This document shows positions 31,369 through 34,261 of a stretch of DNA of 34,261 nucleotides, one piece after another. Origin of the DNA: Minisyncoccota bacterium (GTDB taxonomy: Bacteria; Patescibacteriota; Minisyncoccia; 2-02-FULL-40-12; IGHO2-01-FULL-4-A). How positions within the stretch are numbered: the stretch's first letter is position 1; each line of letters opens with the position of its first letter. The DNA lies in assembly GCA_040881175.1 (NCBI GenBank), contig JBBEDS010000006.1, positions 1-34,261 on the forward strand, written 5' to 3'. A program made the translations under genes and the position numbers. The notes under the pieces were generated by a model. It ran no database searches. It saw only the letters and a list, made by a program, of their open reading frames with translations, and was not told the origin of the DNA.

Positions 31369-31629
31369 ATGACCGAATTCCAACAAAAAGTGTATAATGA
31401 GGTTAGTAACATTAAGCGTGGCAGTACGATGACGTATACTGAAGTGGCCAGAGCTATTGGCAACCCTAGAGCCGTAAGGGCGGTGGGCAATGCATTAAAT
31501 AAAAATACTAATCCCGATGTGCCATGCCATCGTGTCATCAGGTCAGATGGCAAGATAGGCGGGTATAACAGAGGGAGCGAAAAAAAGATGGAAATTTTAA
31601 TGAAAGAAGGTGGAATCGGCGAATATTAA
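31369..31629 (+). CDS. MGMT-family protein (O6-alkylguanine-DNA alkyltransferase DNA-binding/active-site domain only)
   Basis: 86 aa. YTEVARAIGNPRAVRAVGNALNKN followed by the active-site PCHRV. Confidence 0.85.
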   Translation: MTEFQQKVYNEVSNIKRGSTMTYTEVARAIGNPRAVRAVGNALNKNTNPDVPCHRVIRSDGKIGGYNRGSEKKMEILMKEGGIGEY

Positions 31630-31648
31630 TAAAAAGTAAGAGCCGTTT

Positions 31649-32776
31649 ATGACATATAGAATTCTTCTAACCGGTGGTGGCTCTGGTGGGCATTTGTTCC
31701 CGCTGGTGGCCGTAGCCGAGGAGCTTCAAAGACAAGCCGCAAAAAAGGGCGTCGATTTGGATTTACAGTTTTTGGGAGATACTAAATTTACAAAGAGCCT
31801 GCTCGGCAATACCGGCATGAAGTTTAAAGATGTAATGAGCCCCAAGTGGCGCAGGTATGCCAGTATTCAGAATTTTGTAGATATACTTAAAACTCCGGTT
31901 GGATTTTTCCAGGCGCTCTTCTATGTTTGGAAGTACATGCCGGATGCCATTTTCGCAAAAGGTGGCTACGACTCTTTCCTGCCATCAATAGTCGGAAGAC
32001 TGATGATGATCCCCGTAGCAATTCATGAGTCGGACATGGTTCCCGGCAAGGCAAATGTCTATCTATCCAAACTTGCATCCAAGATATTCACATCATTCGA
32101 AGCTTCTAAAAAATATTTTAAAGAAAACAAAGTTGTTCTTACCGGCAATCCTATACGGGACGGCATCTTAACCGGTCCCGACAAAAAAAGCGCTCTTGCG
32201 GGTTTTAGCTTGAGCTCAGAGAAGCCGACCGTGTTGATCACTGGAGCCAGTCAGGGTGCGAAGGTTATTAACGACACCCTTCTTCTCGCTATAGTTGAAC
32301 TGGTAAAAGAATTTCAGGTGGTCCACCAGTCAGGACCCAATAACTATGACGAAGTGAATAAGAAGATACTCGACATAATCAAAGAAGGCGAGGGCAGCTA
32401 CGGCAAAGAGATACAGGAGAACTATCGACTTTATCCGTTATTTAATCTGGACCAGATGGCCATGGCATATTCTGCGGCGGACGTCATTGTATCCAGGGCT
32501 GGTGCTGGATCGATATTTGAGATAGCCGCTGTCGGCAAGCCGGCGGTAGTAATTCCCCTAAAGGGTTCGGCCAACGAGCATCAACTGGAAAATGCCAGAG
32601 AGTTCGCAAAGTTTGGAGCGATTATAGTCGAAGAAGACAACCTAACCCCCCATATTTTTATTAACGAGATAAAGGAGGCATATAAAGGAAGGGAGGAGAG
32701 GTCTGAGAAAATTAAAAAGTTTGCCATAACAGATGCCGCTACTAAGATTGCAGATAATCTGCTAGGTTTCGCTTAA
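31649..32776 (+). CDS. murG: UDP-N-acetylglucosamine--N-acetylmuramyl-(pentapeptide) pyrophosphoryl-undecaprenol N-acetylglucosamine transferase
   Basis: ILLTGGGSGGHLFP G-loop, and the C-terminal SRAGAGSIFEIAAVGKPAVVIPL...HQLENA pattern. Confidence 0.9.
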   Translation: MTYRILLTGGGSGGHLFPLVAVAEELQRQAAKKGVDLDLQFLGDTKFTKSLLGNTGMKFKDVMSPKWRRYASIQNFVDILKTPVGFFQALFYVWKYMPDAIFAKGGYDSFLPSIVGRLMMIPVAIHESDMVPGKANVYLSKLASKIFTSFEASKKYFKENKVVLTGNPIRDGILTGPDKKSALAGFSLSSEKPTVLITGASQGAKVINDTLLLAIVELVKEFQVVHQSGPNNYDEVNKKILDIIKEGEGSYGKEIQENYRLYPLFNLDQMAMAYSAADVIVSRAGAGSIFEIAAVGKPAVVIPLKGSANEHQLENAREFAKFGAIIVEEDNLTPHIFINEIKEAYKGREERSEKIKKFAITDAATKIADNLLGFA

Positions 32777-32777
32777 T

Positions 32778-33617
32778 ATGCCCTGGAAAACTATTGGCTT
32801 CGGTAAAATTAAAAGATTCTTTGAGGGCGCTATTGCAGGTAGCCATCTTAATCATGCATATATCTTTTCCGGACAAGATGAGATAGGCAAGAAGACCTTC
32901 GCTCTTGAACTGGCAGAACGGCTAAGCGGAAACAGTCATGACATACTATTCTTAACTCCGGATAACTCAGACAGCGGCCAGTCCATAGCCATTGACGAGG
33001 TACGCAAGCTTAAGAGCTTCATGTCCCTGAGCTCATACGGCGATAAGTACAAAGTCGCTGTTATAGATGAGGCTCACCTGATGACGGTTGAGGCGCAGAA
33101 TGCATTGCTTAAACTCCTGGAGGAGCCCAGTAAGTCATCGATGCTGATCTTAGTCACATCCGTAGCTAACTCATTATTACCGACCATTGCTTCACGATGC
33201 CAAGAGATCAGGTTCTTGCCCCATTCTAAAGAGGAGATCGCTTCCATTCTTGGAGATTCAAAACTGGCTGAAGCTCAGAACAATTTTCTGGCGGAATTTT
33301 CCAACGGCCGAATCGGGCTGATAAAAAGAATCCTAGAAGAAAAAAGCTACGATGAGGTTAGGGAATCCGTCGAGGAGTTGATGAATCTAGTTAAAGTCGA
33401 TCTGAATGAGAGATTTGCTATTGCTCAAAAACTCAGCGATGACAAGAAGGGAGATATCTCCAGGAAGGTAATATATTGGATGCTGTATGCCCGAATGAGG
33501 ATAGGCGAACCTCAGGCTAGGAGAATCTTAAAGAATCTTTTACAACTCCAGGGGATAATCGGTCATCCTCAATTTAACCGCCGTTTGGCATTGGAGAATT
33601 TTGTGTTAACGTTGTAA
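32778..33617 (+). CDS. holB: DNA polymerase III subunit delta' (clamp-loader AAA+)
   Basis: HAYIFSGQDEIGKKT P-loop-like region, VIDEAHLMTVEAQNALLKLLEEP, and SRC motif (ASRCQEIRF). Confidence 0.75.
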   Translation: MPWKTIGFGKIKRFFEGAIAGSHLNHAYIFSGQDEIGKKTFALELAERLSGNSHDILFLTPDNSDSGQSIAIDEVRKLKSFMSLSSYGDKYKVAVIDEAHLMTVEAQNALLKLLEEPSKSSMLILVTSVANSLLPTIASRCQEIRFLPHSKEEIASILGDSKLAEAQNNFLAEFSNGRIGLIKRILEEKSYDEVRESVEELMNLVKVDLNERFAIAQKLSDDKKGDISRKVIYWMLYARMRIGEPQARRILKNLLQLQGIIGHPQFNRRLALENFVLTL

Positions 33618-33619
33618 CC

Positions 33620-34177
33620 ATGACAGTTAAAGATCTGATGAACCAAAAAAAGGAAAGCTTTGAAGGAGCTTTGCATTTCTATAAAGAAGACATTGCCACC
33701 ATCAGAACCGGCAGGGCTACGCCTGCATTAGTTGAAGATATTCTTGTCGATTACTACGGTCAGAAGATGCGCGTGAAAGAATTAGCGTCAATCAGCACTC
33801 CTGAGCCACGAACCGTGGTTATTCAGCCATGGGACAAGGGGGCTGTAGAACCTATCACCGGCGCTATTAGGAAGAGCGACATCGGATTAAGTCCGGTAGT
33901 TGATGGCGAGATCATACGTTTAAATATTCCTCCTTTGACTGAAGAGCGTCGGAAGGAATTCATAAAAGTACTAAAGCAAAAGACCGAAGAAACCAGGGTT
34001 AAAATCAGGCGAATAAGAGAGGAAATATGGGACAAGATCCAGAGAATGGAGAAAGAAGGAGAAATCAGAGAAGACGATAAATTTAAGGGCAAAGAAGACC
34101 TCCAGAAGATGGTGGATGAATATAACAGCAAGATAGAAGAAATGGAGAAAAAAAAGGAGGGAGAACTAATGGTTTAA
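33620..34177 (+). CDS. frr: Ribosome recycling factor
   Basis: 185 aa. IRTGRATPALVEDILVDYYG, the PL(T/S)EERR motif (PPLTEERRKEF), and a C-terminal charged helix. Confidence 0.93.
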   Translation: MTVKDLMNQKKESFEGALHFYKEDIATIRTGRATPALVEDILVDYYGQKMRVKELASISTPEPRTVVIQPWDKGAVEPITGAIRKSDIGLSPVVDGEIIRLNIPPLTEERRKEFIKVLKQKTEETRVKIRRIREEIWDKIQRMEKEGEIREDDKFKGKEDLQKMVDEYNSKIEEMEKKKEGELMV

Positions 34178-34208
34178 TAGCCAAAAAACCAAGCATTTAC
34201 TTGATTTT

Positions 34209-34230
34209 AAGCGGTTTTTGCCGCTTTTTA
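34209..34230 (+). terminator. Rho-independent terminator after frr
   Basis: AAGCGG-TTTTTG-CCGCTT (34209-34226) followed by TTTT. Confidence 0.6.
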
Positions 34231-34261
34231 CTTGCCTACTTAATGGACCCATATCCAAACT

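Noticed and set aside
1-34261. Search for CRISPR repeats, IS elements or transposases, integrases, long direct or inverted repeats, and rRNA
   Set aside because: I found no periodic repeat-spacer structure, no transposase- or integrase-like ORF, and no long repeats by eye. Short repeats could have been missed without a computational self-alignment.

Overview
This 34.3-kb window is gene-dense, about 90% coding and mostly on the + strand. It looks like a reduced-genome bacterium, possibly Patescibacteria/CPR-like. That assignment is an inference from gene content and compact housekeeping proteins, not from any search. Most of the window is core housekeeping. Cell-wall genes are scattered along it: murA, a DD-carboxypeptidase, mraY, ftsW, a FemAB-family transferase, a short murE-like ligase and murG. 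Between them sit DNA repair and replication genes (uvrB, ruvA, polX, a mini-MGMT, holB), translation genes (tRNA-Lys, aspS, rpsT, frr), lon, and transporters. I saw no CRISPR array, transposase, integrase or rRNA. The regions worth a second look are listed below.
(1) 17904-18836: two self-contained mini-genes encoding 63-aa and 156-aa Cys-rich orphan proteins. Each has its own promoter, strong SD and terminator. The larger one shows PIN-like (DUF5615/Mut7-C-type) motif spacing plus a CxxCxxxCxxxC cluster.
(2) 18865-21896: a run of membrane proteins ending in an archaeal-type presenilin/SPP-like intramembrane aspartyl protease (YD and GxGD motifs). Its stop codon abuts the start of a beta-CASP nuclease gene.
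(3) 2692-4892: an accessory-looking islet with divergent strong promoters. It encodes a secreted clan GH-A-like glycosidase, a secreted HExxH protein and a 3-TM PQ-loop-like protein.
(4) Window-wide: genes fall into two classes. Some have 30-55 nt leaders with strong SD sequences. Others have no SD, and a (TGn)TAnnnT box sits only 6-9 nt (12 nt for rpsT) before the ATG, which suggests leaderless mRNAs.
(5) Domain-minimised enzymes: an AspRS lacking the GAD insertion, a MurE-like ligase with a short N-terminus and no DNPR motif, a 6-TM half-MFS protein, and an 86-aa MGMT.
All functional calls rest on motif recognition by eye. No database search was possible.
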